NCBI GenBank assembly: GCA_013239625.1
Contig: MU054098.1
Location: 2,729,104 to 2,793,103, forward strand
Length of the DNA stretch: 64,000 nucleotides
Reading direction: 5' to 3'
DNA from: Lama guanicoe
Lineage: Eukaryota
Shown here one piece after another: positions 13,637 to 24,893 of this stretch (its first letter is position 1; each line of letters opens with the position of its first letter). Under the pieces are notes generated by a model, which was not told the origin of the DNA, did no database searches, and saw only the letters and a program-made list of their open reading frames with translations. Position numbers and translations under genes: made by a program.

Positions 13637-13915
13637 CTACATAGGTATAAAACAAAGGTGGATGAGATGAGGTAATTTTGTATATGCAAGAAATAGTTAT
13701 AAGAACAAATATTTGTTTTTAAACTGCCTACCTTATTCATGTAAAATAACCCAAATGTTTAAGAAGATAAATATCAATTCAACATAGACAGCTAACTGCC
13801 CTTAAAGTCCTATGCATTTTTTAAATGTATCTTAATTTGGGGGGAGGAGTAGTGAAGAAGACATTGCCAATCGTATGTATGTTTGTGAGTTTTGGAAGCT
13901 TCCATTTATTTAAAG

Positions 13916-14226
13916 CAGGAGTTGGCAAATTTTTCTGGGTAAAAGACCAGATAATAAACATTTCAGCTTTTGCAGGCCATACGGTTTACTCAACTTTGGC
14001 TTTGTAGCCTGAAAGCAGCCATGGACAAAGCATAAACAAATGCACATGACTATGTTCCAAAAAAGCTTTATTTATGGACATTGAAATTTTATTTTTATAT
14101 AATTTTCACATGCCACAAAATATTATTCTTCTTTTGATTTATTAATCATTTAAAAACTTTTAAAAAGCATTTTTAGCCGAGAGCCATCAAAAACAGAAAG
14201 CAGGCTAACTGAAAAACTGGCCCCTG
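13916..14226 (+). mobile_element. MER58B-like hAT MITE
   Basis: caggagttggcaaa ... ggcccctg with 8-bp TSD atttaaag/atttaaaa. Confidence 0.75.
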
Positions 14227-15047
14227 ATTTAAAAGCAACAACTGATTAGCTGCCTACTCGATGACTCTTCTATATTACTTCATGCTGGATATAGTGAGAA
14301 ATGAGCAGACTGCAAAACACTAATTTGAACATGTCCCCATACAAGAGAGTTCTGACTCTATCAAGGTATATGCCATCTCACCATCCTAAGAATTGTGAAG
14401 GAATCTTACACAGATCCAACTCCTTAAATGAACAAGATTCCTCCTAGTCTCCAACCTGTATACATTATATAGCTATTTTTCAAAACCCTACAGCTTTCAG
14501 AAATGCCACTTTTGCAGTTTTAAAAATCAAGCCAAAACTTCCAAAGCAACAGAGCAGTTTCTCAATTTTTTTCCGATTACTGCCTCCAAAAAAAGCCTTT
14601 AAGAAAAAGATTTTTCTTAATTTCCCTATGAAATTTTAATACTACAGATATACTGTATATGTTTATGTACTGTGACCCTTTGAAGGACCATAAACCAATG
14701 TAATGGCTAATATTTTTCTGTCCTCAGGAACCAATTTCTACCCTCTTGGAAGTGATACTGCCCTACTTAGCATGCATGCACAAAAGGCACAGTTAAACAT
14801 ACAAAAATTCTAAGATAAATATTCTGATTTTCTACAGAAATAATAATAGCAGTAAAGTCCTTTATTCTTCCATTCAAATGGACAAAAATGTAGACATTCT
14901 CCACCCCCAAATTACGCCATATGAGCTCTTCATTTTACATACCAATACATCAAATCTCAAATATTCCCAGTCCTAAAAGGACTATTAGAAACTTTACACA
15001 CATACACACTCTCTCTCTCAAAAAAAAGAAAAGGAGATTCAACTTAC

Positions 15048-15094
15048 TTATAAATTAGAGAAAGAGCTCTTATTTCCAGCTGGCCAGCACTTTC
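15048..15094 (-). CDS. ALG13: ALG13 exon 7 (OTU)
   Basis: gtttag|GAA...TATAA|gtaagt; 47 nt; ESAGQLEIRALSLIY(N). Confidence 0.95.
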
Positions 15095-15847
15095 CTAAAC
15101 ATAAATAGTACATACAAGTTTTTAAAAACATTCTGTGGTTAAGAGGCAGAAGTTTCTGCAAGTTCAATAATTGTTTTTTTAGATGCTTAGGACTGTTTTA
15201 AATGAATCTGTAGAAAACATTTAAATTTGCTTTGAGGCTTGGGATACTGTGACAGTTACTTAGTAACATAAACTTATTCTGAAAAAAATGGACCTAAAGA
15301 CCTTATTTAGCTATTAAGTAACAAGGACAATAATATGGGAGATTTAAAAGGCACAATAAAAATCTAATTAGTGTAAGGACATGAAGTTAGCAGAATATTT
15401 AGTATGTTAAGTCCAGAACTGTGGGATTAATTTAATCACATAAAATTATTTTTAATTGAGTAAGTTTATGGATCTTATTCCCACATAAACGGATAACTAT
15501 GAATCAGGGAAATTGTTTGATTAAAAAAATAATTTCTTAGTAACATTAATTACTACTCCCTCCCCCATTAAAGTGAAAAGGCTTAGGCTTGTCCTGTTCC
15601 CAAGCAGTGTATGCTATTTCACTAATCTATCGACGATAAAATTGTTAAAGCACAATTCTCAATATTCAACACAAAACAGCAGGTCAGCTGCCAGTCTCTA
15701 AACTTTTGCAAGAACTATCTGATTCAACACAGCTGGCTATTTAAGAAAATAAATAAATTGGGTCTAGCTAAAGTGACACACCTGAATGAATATTTAGGTT
15801 ACTATTTCAAATACCCTGAAAAGATTAAACCCCATATTTGATCTTAC

Positions 15848-15898
15848 CTTGGGGTCTCCCAACCGTTCCAGGTATTTCTCAAAAGATCCCTCCACATA
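15848..15898 (-). CDS. ALG13: ALG13 exon 6 (OTU)
   Basis: ttgaag|TAT...AAG|gtaaga; 51 nt; YVEGSFEKYLERLGDPK. Confidence 0.95.
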
Positions 15899-17925
15899 CT
15901 TCAAAAATAAAACAAACTTGACTTAAACCAAATACATAGCATTACTGAAATCTGATTATACTCTGCAATATTATCCTCCAATGTGTTTTTGTTCAGCTGA
16001 ACAATTATGGTATTAAATTACTACTTTGCACAGCACCTCAAGAAGATTTGCACATACATAAAAGTTTTAAGTGAAGAAAAGTTGGACTATAAAAGTATTT
16101 TAGAATTGGTCCTGGCTTATCCACATACCAGTGCATTTCATCAAACAGTATGCCTTTGAGTTTCTTTTGAAATGCCAACTTAAGTAATTTTCATAAATCA
16201 CGCAAGCACAGTAATTATAGGGATATCAAATTTGACAGCAGACATGCATTTACAAAGTTAAACTGAGGCATTTTAAAGGGAATTTCATTTGTTTCAAAAA
16301 AGCACAGGGAACTTTTGGGGGTGATGAAAAATGCTTTGTATCTTGACCACAGTGGCAGTTGCATAACTATATTATAGCCACACCTTAAATGCTAAGTTTA
16401 AAATGGTGAATTTTTTTGTATGTAAAATATATCTCAATAAAAACAATTAAACTCGGGGAATATATGTCTAGTTTCATGCATGCATATCACTAGATTGAAA
16501 AAAATCAATTTTTAAATTTTCTCAATCCCTTTTTTAAACTTTTCTGATGTACAATTGACATAAACTGAAATTTAAATGGCAAAATCAAGTAAGTTTTGAC
16601 ACATGTATGCACCCATGAAACCATCACAATTGTGACAGTGAATGTATCTATCATCCCCATAAGTTTCTTTGTGTCCCTCTATAAGCGCACTGACCCCCAA
16701 GCAACCACTGATCTGCTGTCACTATAGATTGGTTTGTATTTTCCAGAGTTTTATATAAAGGAAATCATACAGTATGTACTTTTTTGGAGGGTCTGGCCTC
16801 TTCACTCTGCATAATTAATCTGAGATTCATCCATGTGGTTTTAAAATTTTACACATATCTCTGTTACTCAAAATGTGGTCCACAAACAACAGCAAGCATC
16901 ACTCAGGAATTTAACTGCAGAAATCTTGGGCCCCAGCTCAGATCTACTGAATCCGAATTTGGTTTTTAACAATGTCCCCAGGTGATCTGTATGCACAAAA
17001 ATACTTGAGATGCATGGCTTTACACCATGGTCTTGCATTTGAAGTAATTTCACAAATAATCCTTTCCCCAGGTGTGGTGAAGACTAATTAACTTCGAGGT
17101 AATAAGCTTTAAAATCAAGAAGCTTTCATATAGTTTTAAAATTCACTGAAACCTGCTGAGAAAATTAAGAGTAAACCTCGAACAGCAAGCAAATACCTAT
17201 AATACAGACAAGAGAACAAATAGGTCTAGAAGGGCTAGGAATGTTAAAACACACACACACACACACAGAGAGAAAACAACAGCCACAGGAAAGGGCACAC
17301 TTCAAATCAGACCTTGATAAAAACCTCCTTTTGTTAACATGAACTTAAATACTTCAACATACACTAAGATGTCTTCTAGAAATTGTTTTAAAAAGTCAAT
17401 CATTAGTGGCAGAGCTCCAATTACCAGGTTTTTTAGCATGAAAAGACAGATGTAGGACTACTTTGTTTCCTTACAGTTAAGTTTTTACAAGATTCTTCCT
17501 TACAGTTAAGTTTTACATGATTCTTCAAGTTGACTAGCTGAAGATCATTGTGCACAGAATTGAAAGAACAGAGGGGGTTCCCATTTGTACATATTTTTAA
17601 ATATGCATTTAAAAATATTAACGTAGCCAAACCTTTCAGGTATTATGATTACTTTGTTACAAAAACAGTGATATAGATAATATAAAACAGTCAAAACATA
17701 GCTAAATTTTGGGTGTTAGGGGTTTTGAGCCAGGGAGAGAGTAGTGGGAAGGATACAGATTAACTGTTTCTTAATTTTTAGTTTGAGTACAAAACAATCT
17801 AATTCTGGGAGGAGATCCAGAAGCATGCTAGCTAACAGGAAGTCAGTTGAAAATTAAACATTTGCTACTGAGGGGAGATTGCATGATATAATATTCACAT
17901 GTAGGCGCTCAAAATTCATTTCCTA

Positions 17926-18060
<135 letters not shown>

Positions 18061-18625
18061 CTAAAAAGAAGAGAAAGACCAGCTCACTGTCAGCAGTCAT
18101 TTGAAATAGAAGCTTGTAAATTAAGACTATGAACTGGACATTCAAGTCCCCCCTTATTCAGAACATATGTAGATAATTGGGAAATTAAGACCTGATCTTA
18201 CTAAAGTCTGTTTTTTATCATCTTTAGTGATATGGTGGAGTTATGAGTCTGTACTGCCCCTCTTTTCTACTACTTATGGGAACAGCCTATAAATTTTTCC
18301 TAGGCATAAAATCTAGAGGCAGGGGCTGCTTATAAAGGATCAAGATACATTTCAAAGTTTTAACCCCATTATTTTATCTCTTACATTCCCAAGTGGCATT
18401 TAGAAAACAGAAAAGATAGCAAAGGCACAGCAATATATTTGTACTAATCAGCAAAGGCAAACACCAAGCTCATAAGTAGCCGACAGACCCAATGTTTTAA
18501 ATGGGGAAAAGAAAAGGGAAATTTTTTTTGTTTTGGTGGGCTACAGGTCTTCTAGCAACAGTACTGTGCCAAGTCTCAAACTCTGAAAACCCAGTATAGG
18601 AAAGATATATTTGTTTTCCTTTTAC

Positions 18626-18766
18626 CTGCTCCGAAATAGCCCGAAAGAGGCAAGAGGCATCCTTGGCAGTCAGCTTTCGAAACAGCCCTAAGCTGCCTAA
18701 ATATTCATCCATTGATGTCTCATTCAGAGACTTCTGGCCGCAGTACTTTTTCCATCCTTTATGCAT
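18626..18766 (-). CDS. ALG13: ALG13 exon 4, 3' half: start of OTU domain
   Basis: ATG at 18766; [47 protein letters not shown]; donor CAG|gtaaaa. Confidence 0.93.
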
Positions 18767-19001
18767 TGTGCACAGCGGGTAGAGGTGGGGAGGGAGAGAA
18801 AGGAACACAAGTGTGGCAAGAAGGAAAAAGCAGGGTGCAGGTAAGAATGGGTAGCAGTGACAGGGCTTGCTTATGCAGGTATCCGGAAAGCAGCCCAAAG
18901 TCTAGGCATGAGAAGGCAGTTGGAGTCAGCGCTGCAGAATCTTGGCACTTCTCAGGAGCAGGAGAAGCAAAGGGCTGGCTTCTCCAGGACAAGTCAGGAC
19001 C
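18767..19001 (-). other. ALG13: ALG13 exon 4, 5' half: non-coding-looking linker with frameshifts and stops
   Basis: Acceptor ttttcacag|G at 19001. The frame coming from exon 3 reads [25 protein letters not shown] then TGA (18928-18926), with another TAG at 18904-18902. Confidence 0.75.
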
Positions 19002-20629
19002 CTGTGAAAAGAAGAGGAAGAGCCGATGCTCCCAGGAATAAAGAACTTGACTTGAGAAGGAGACATGGGAGGGAGAAGGTACTTGCAGAGCTAACTTGTT
19101 GGGGAAGGGTGGGATTAACCCAGCCAGCCCAAGGTTGAGAGAAGTATGCATAAGCAGCTGAGCTTTGGGACCAAAAGGAAGCTGAGTTTACAGCTTAACT
19201 CAAGGCAACTGCTGCAAAAGATTGCAAAGGGACTGCAATAAGGCTCAGGTGTGTATGATACAGGCCAGCCCACATCACATTGCTTTAAAAGCTCTGCTCG
19301 AATTTTCAAGCATTCTCTGGCCAAGTTTCCTGCTCTCTTCATAGGTTCATGGAGATGAGAGGGGGAAAAAAATGGAACCTGATTTAAGTAAGCTTTTGTA
19401 TTAAGACTACCTTAAAAAAAAACAAAGAAAATGGGGGGAGGACGACTTCCTTGATCTATAGGGGCAGAAGTCACAGTTCAAGCAAAGTGCCAAAGCAGTT
19501 ATCTGGATATTTCAGGTCTGAGGTTTAAGTAATCTTCTCATTTAGATAAAAATAACCCTCTGCTAAGATCACAGAAATTAAATCCTTTAGTTATGCTAGT
19601 AAACACTGATATAATTCCTCAGTAATGTCTCCAAACTACTGTACAGCATTAACAAAAAGAAAAAATTGCATAAAGTTTGTTTCTTTGAAAATGGAAACTG
19701 AAAATTTAAACTGAAGCAGAACAAAAGGAATATCTTAGCCACAAACCTTCTAACAAGCTAAATTTAAAATGCTGTGGCACAGCACTAGCGGGGTTGGACA
19801 TGAGAGGTGGGTTTCAATGTATTATTGGGACACTTCTGGAAAAACTACTCTGAATTCTGAGAAAATCAAAGGAAACACAACTATTTTGTAAGGTTCAAAA
19901 ACAGGATTGGATTGGTCACTTGCATGGTTTGATTTCACTGTCAAGTGTTACTCTTAAATGACAAAATCCAATTTATTTCTTACTTTTTGTAAGTGTTAAA
20001 AAAATTCAACAGATCGAAAGCTGGCTTTGGAGAAGCTGTAAAATTAAGCTTCTTTCAAAATTGTTTTTCTGGTATCTGTGGATCCAGAAGTAATCATGAC
20101 TGCCCCCTATAGCAAAAGCATCAAGAATCAATTTTATAATTTAGGAATGAAATAAAAGCATAGTAGAAAAATAAAATCATGACTTCCTTTAGCATGCCAA
20201 TTTGAAATTACCTTGACTAATTTCTTTTTTAAAGAAATCAAAACACTGGGGAAATTATTTCTTTTGTATAAGTTCTGAAACATAGTTTGGGAAAAGGGAT
20301 CACCACCTTTCTTTAAGATCACAAATTCAGTAAGAAAAATTAAGGCTTATAACGGAAAAGTTAATTCATTATTGGCATTTTTTACTTGTAAAAAAATATA
20401 ATTCTTCATACTTATTGCTATTTAAAATAAAAGTAAGATATATAAAAGTTAAGTTAATATTAATCCATACATTTCACTTTGAGAAAGGGAACACAGGAAG
20501 GGATAACTGGGAGAAGGGAGAGAGAATCAGAAAATAGGAGAAAACAGGAAACAGAAGAAAAATTAGACAGGAAGGCAGAGAAAGAGAAGAAAGGGAAAGT
20601 AACACAAAGAGAAAACACACAGAAGGAGA

Positions 20630-23600
20630 CGCACAGAAATATGATCGACTGATTTTTGACAGGAGTCCAAGAGCAGCTCAATAAAGAAAAGGCAGTGCTT
20701 TTATCAAATGGTGCTGGAACACTTGACATCCATATGCAAAAGAAAAAAATGATCCTCAACCTATATGTCACATCTTGTATAACAATTAACTCAAAATGAA
20801 TCAATGACCTAAATGTAGACCAAAGCTTTTAAAAGAAAGCATAGGAAAAAACCTTCAAGACCTTGAGTTAGGAAAAAAGAACTTAGATATAATAAAAAAT
20901 TGATTAAATGGACTTTATCAAAATTTAAAACTTTTGCTCTGCCAATGGCACTTATGAGAATGAAAACGCAAGCCGCAGACTGGGAGAATGTATTTATGTA
21001 ACATATCTGATCCCAAAAAACTCTGTATTAAAAATATATAAAAGAACTCAGAAGTCAGTAATAAGAAAACAACAATACAATTTAAAAAATGGGCAAAGAC
21101 AGAGGAAAGGATAATAAGTATGTAAGAAGACATTTAACATCATTAGTCATTAAGAAAATGCAAATTAAATCCACAATGAGACATCACTACACACCCACTA
21201 GGATGACTATGATAAATAATATAGACAATAACAAGTGTTAGCAAGGATGTGGATAAACTGGATCCTAAAGATGCCAGATGCAAAGGGGGCATGATTCCAA
21301 AACACATGATTCCATCTATATGAAATACATCAAAAAGGCAAATCTATAAAAGAAAACAGATTAGTGGTTGCCTGGGGTTGGGGGCGGGAATAGGTATTAA
21401 CTGCAAACAGGCACAAAGAATCTTTCTGGTGGATAAAAATATTCTAAAACTGTTTTGTGGTGATGTTTGCACAACTCTGCATATTTACTAAAAATTACTG
21501 AATTGTACACTTAAAACTGGTCTTTTTAAAAGTACTTTAAAATATAGTTCACATACCATACAATTCACTCACTTAAAAGGTCATTTCAATGGTTTAGTAT
21601 ATTTAGAGTTGTACATATTCATCACCACAATCAATTTTGGAACATTCTTATTACCCGAAAATGAAACCCCACATCCCGTAACCATCAACCTCTAATCTTC
21701 CTATCCCCACCAACTCCAGGCAACCACTAATTTACTTTCTGTCTCTACATTATTTGCCTATTCTGGACATTTCAAATAAATGGAATAATGCAATATATGG
21801 TCCTGTGTAACTGGCTTTTCACTTAGCCCGATGTTTTCAAGGTGCACCTATGTATCAATATTTTAATTCTTTGTATAAAGTATGTTTTATGTATCCATTC
21901 ATCAGTTGACAGACATTTGGGTTGTTTCCACTTTTTGCCTATGACTAATGCTGTTATGAACATTCACATGCAACTTTTTAAGACATTTCTATTGTCTTGG
22001 GTAGTACCTAGGAATGGAGTTGCTAGCATCTGAGGAACTGTCACCGTTTTCCACAGCAGCTGCACCATTTTCATTCCCATCAGTAGTATATGAGGGTTTC
22101 CAATTCTCCACACCCTATCAACACTTACTGTCCATCTCTCAGATTATAGCCATCCTAGTGAGTATGAAGTGTTCTCTCATTATGGTTTTGTTTTGTTATT
22201 TCCCTGATGGCTAATAATGTTGAGCATCTCTTCAGGTGCCTATTGGTCATTTGTATATCTTTAATGAGATACCACTACATACATCTTAGAATGACTAAAA
22301 TAACTTTTTTAAAGTGACAAAACTAAGTGTCGACAAGGATGCAGAACAACTGGAACTCATATGTTGCTAGTAGGAATATAAAATAGTACAGCCAATCCGG
22401 AAAAAATAGTATAGCAGATTCTTATAAAGTTAAACACAGAGTTGCCATATGACCCAGCAACCCCACTTCTGGCTATCTGTCCAAGAGAAATAAAAATTTA
22501 AGTTCACATAAAAACCTGTACATGGATATTTACAGCAGCCTTATTCATAATCATGATTCTCCCCAAAATCCAAACATCCTTCAACAGATGAATGGACAAA
22601 CTGTGGTACATCCATACAATAGAATACTCATCAACAATAAAAAATAATGAGTTATGGATACATGCAAGAACATGTATGAATCACAATGCATTGTGCTAAG
22701 TGAAAGAAGACAGATTCAAAAGGCTACCTATTGTATGAATGCATTTATATGACAAACTTGGAAAAGACAAAACTATAGGAAGGAAAAACAGATCAGCTGC
22801 TGCCAGTAGTCAGAGTTGCAGGGAAGGACTACAAAAGAATGGTAGGAAAGGATTTATGGGTGTGGTAGAAGTGTTCTGTCTCTTGACTGTGGTAGTGGTT
22901 ACATGACTATGCATTTGTCAAAATTTATAGAACTGTACAAGAAAAAGGCTAATTTTGCTGTGTTTAAATTTTAAAATAAGTAAAATAAAAACAGTAGAAA
23001 GAACAGAATTTACAATTGAGGAGCTCACAGGACAAGACTGGAGAGAAAAATCAGGAAAATTAGAGGATCAATCCAGAAAAGCCAATATCTCACCAACAGG
23101 AGGACCAAAATGAGACTAAGAAAGTAGAGTGGAATAATGATGGTGATGATGATAACAAAAATTCTAGTGCTACAGGATATGAGTGTCTATATTTAGACTG
23201 GAAGGGTCCATGAAGTAGCCAGAACAATGAAAGCAAAAAAGATGATCAGCAATGCATATAACATTTCTGAAGTCAGGGAATAAAGAAAAGATTCTAAAGC
23301 TTTCTGAGAGGAAAAACAGGTCACATAAAAAAGATCACACATATGAATAGCAATAAACTCAAAAGAACTAGAAGCTAGAAAACAATGAAGTTTAGTATTT
23401 GAGGGTAAATTATTTCCAGCCTTGAATTCTATACCAAGCTATCAATCAGATGAGAGAGTAGAATTTTCAAACTTGAAAGATTAAAAACAATATACTATCC
23501 TTTGTCAGAAAGCTGGTGGAGGATACCTGAAACCAAAATAAAAATGATAAACCACAGAAAAGGTGGGGCACAGAGTCCTGGAAACAGAAGATTCAACACT

Positions 23601-24300
23601 AGAGAGAAGCAAAAGGAATTTTTAAGATTAAGAATGAAGGAGAAATCCCAGGAGGACAGACATTTAAGCAGGACTTGATAGAGAACAACCAGTTCAGATA
23701 AGAGGAAAGAGAACGCTAGCACAGACATTTCAAAAAGTAAATAATAATGAAAATCATAGATAACCTAGCATGTTTAAACATACTAGGAAAGAGGTCCACC
23801 TCTGTTGGAGAGCTTGGGAATAGTTCTATAGAACACTGATGAAAAAAAATAAACAAAAATGAGGAAAAGTTTTATAGGAAAGGAAATGTAATCAATCAAC
23901 AGTTACTATATGGCACATATGTGAATACTGTACTTAAGTTATCATAACAATGTCAACACTGAAAGCAGATTTCACCAGAACTGAAAAACTACATGTTTTT
24001 AAATAATATCTGAAGACTTCCTACTGTGGAAGAAAGGGAGGGAGATAAAGTCTCTCTTCCACTGTAGGAAGTGCATAGATGGTATTTAAATTTAAAAAAT
24101 AAAAAATAAGTTAGAACATACTACTTATAAAACATAAAATAATGTAGTATTGTCACCTACAGGAAGCAGGATCAGAGGTGGAGGAATTGGACATAGAACT
24201 GCTGTTTCTTGTTATAAGCTTTGTAGTTAATATTTTATATATTTACATGTATTATCTTAAGAAATGATAAAACTTAAATTAAAAATTATTCAATAAAGTG
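20630..24300. mobile_element. Cluster of old L1M (L1MB/MC/ME, HAL1-like) fragments in both orientations
   Basis: L1 ORF2-end and 3'UTR motifs (aaatggtgctggaac, gaaaatgcaaattaaatccacaatgagacatcactacacacc); antisense block about 21530-22260. Confidence 0.8.
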
Positions 24301-24736
24301 AGCAAGAAACAGACTAATACAATAAACTGGGAAAATAAATCATAAGTAGAATATTACAGCTAAAAGGGACCTCTTACTTTACAGATGAAGACATGGGTTT
24401 CAAATAATTATAAGACTTGTCCAAGTTTTCATATTCAATTGACAATAGTACTAGAACTGGGTTCTTGAACAATTCTTATGAAAAACTGCATACCAAAGAA
24501 GAAAAGATATGAACAAAGACTCAGAGATGGTTAAGTACAAGTTATGTTCTCCAAATTAGTACAATAGGGCTTTTTAAAAAAGACCCATGGGATAATACTA
24601 GAATTCATCTTGTATATAATAGAAAGCAATTTCACAGTATTTAATACTGTCCTTTGAAATATCTATCGCACTTGAAATCCCAGTTAGCTGACTATTCTTC
24701 CACAGGAAACTACTCCAATCCTGTAAACCTCTACAA

Positions 24737-24893
24737 CAGTGGTTCTCAAGTGAAAGGCTTTAAAAACACATATTGCTCCACACCCAGAAACTGATTCAAC
24801 AGGTCTGGGGTGGGTCCCTAGGATTTACATTTTTAACAAGTTCCCAGGTGATGCAGACGCTGCTGGCCTAGGACCACACTATGGGAACCAGTG
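24737..24893. mobile_element. MER5A-like MITE
   Basis: cagtggttctcaa...gggaaccagtg; TSD ctctacaa/ctctagaa. Confidence 0.8.

Noticed and set aside
18759..19151. 130-aa ORF as a separate protein
   Set aside because: It is the shifted frame of the exon 4 linker plus intron and stops before the OTU domain.
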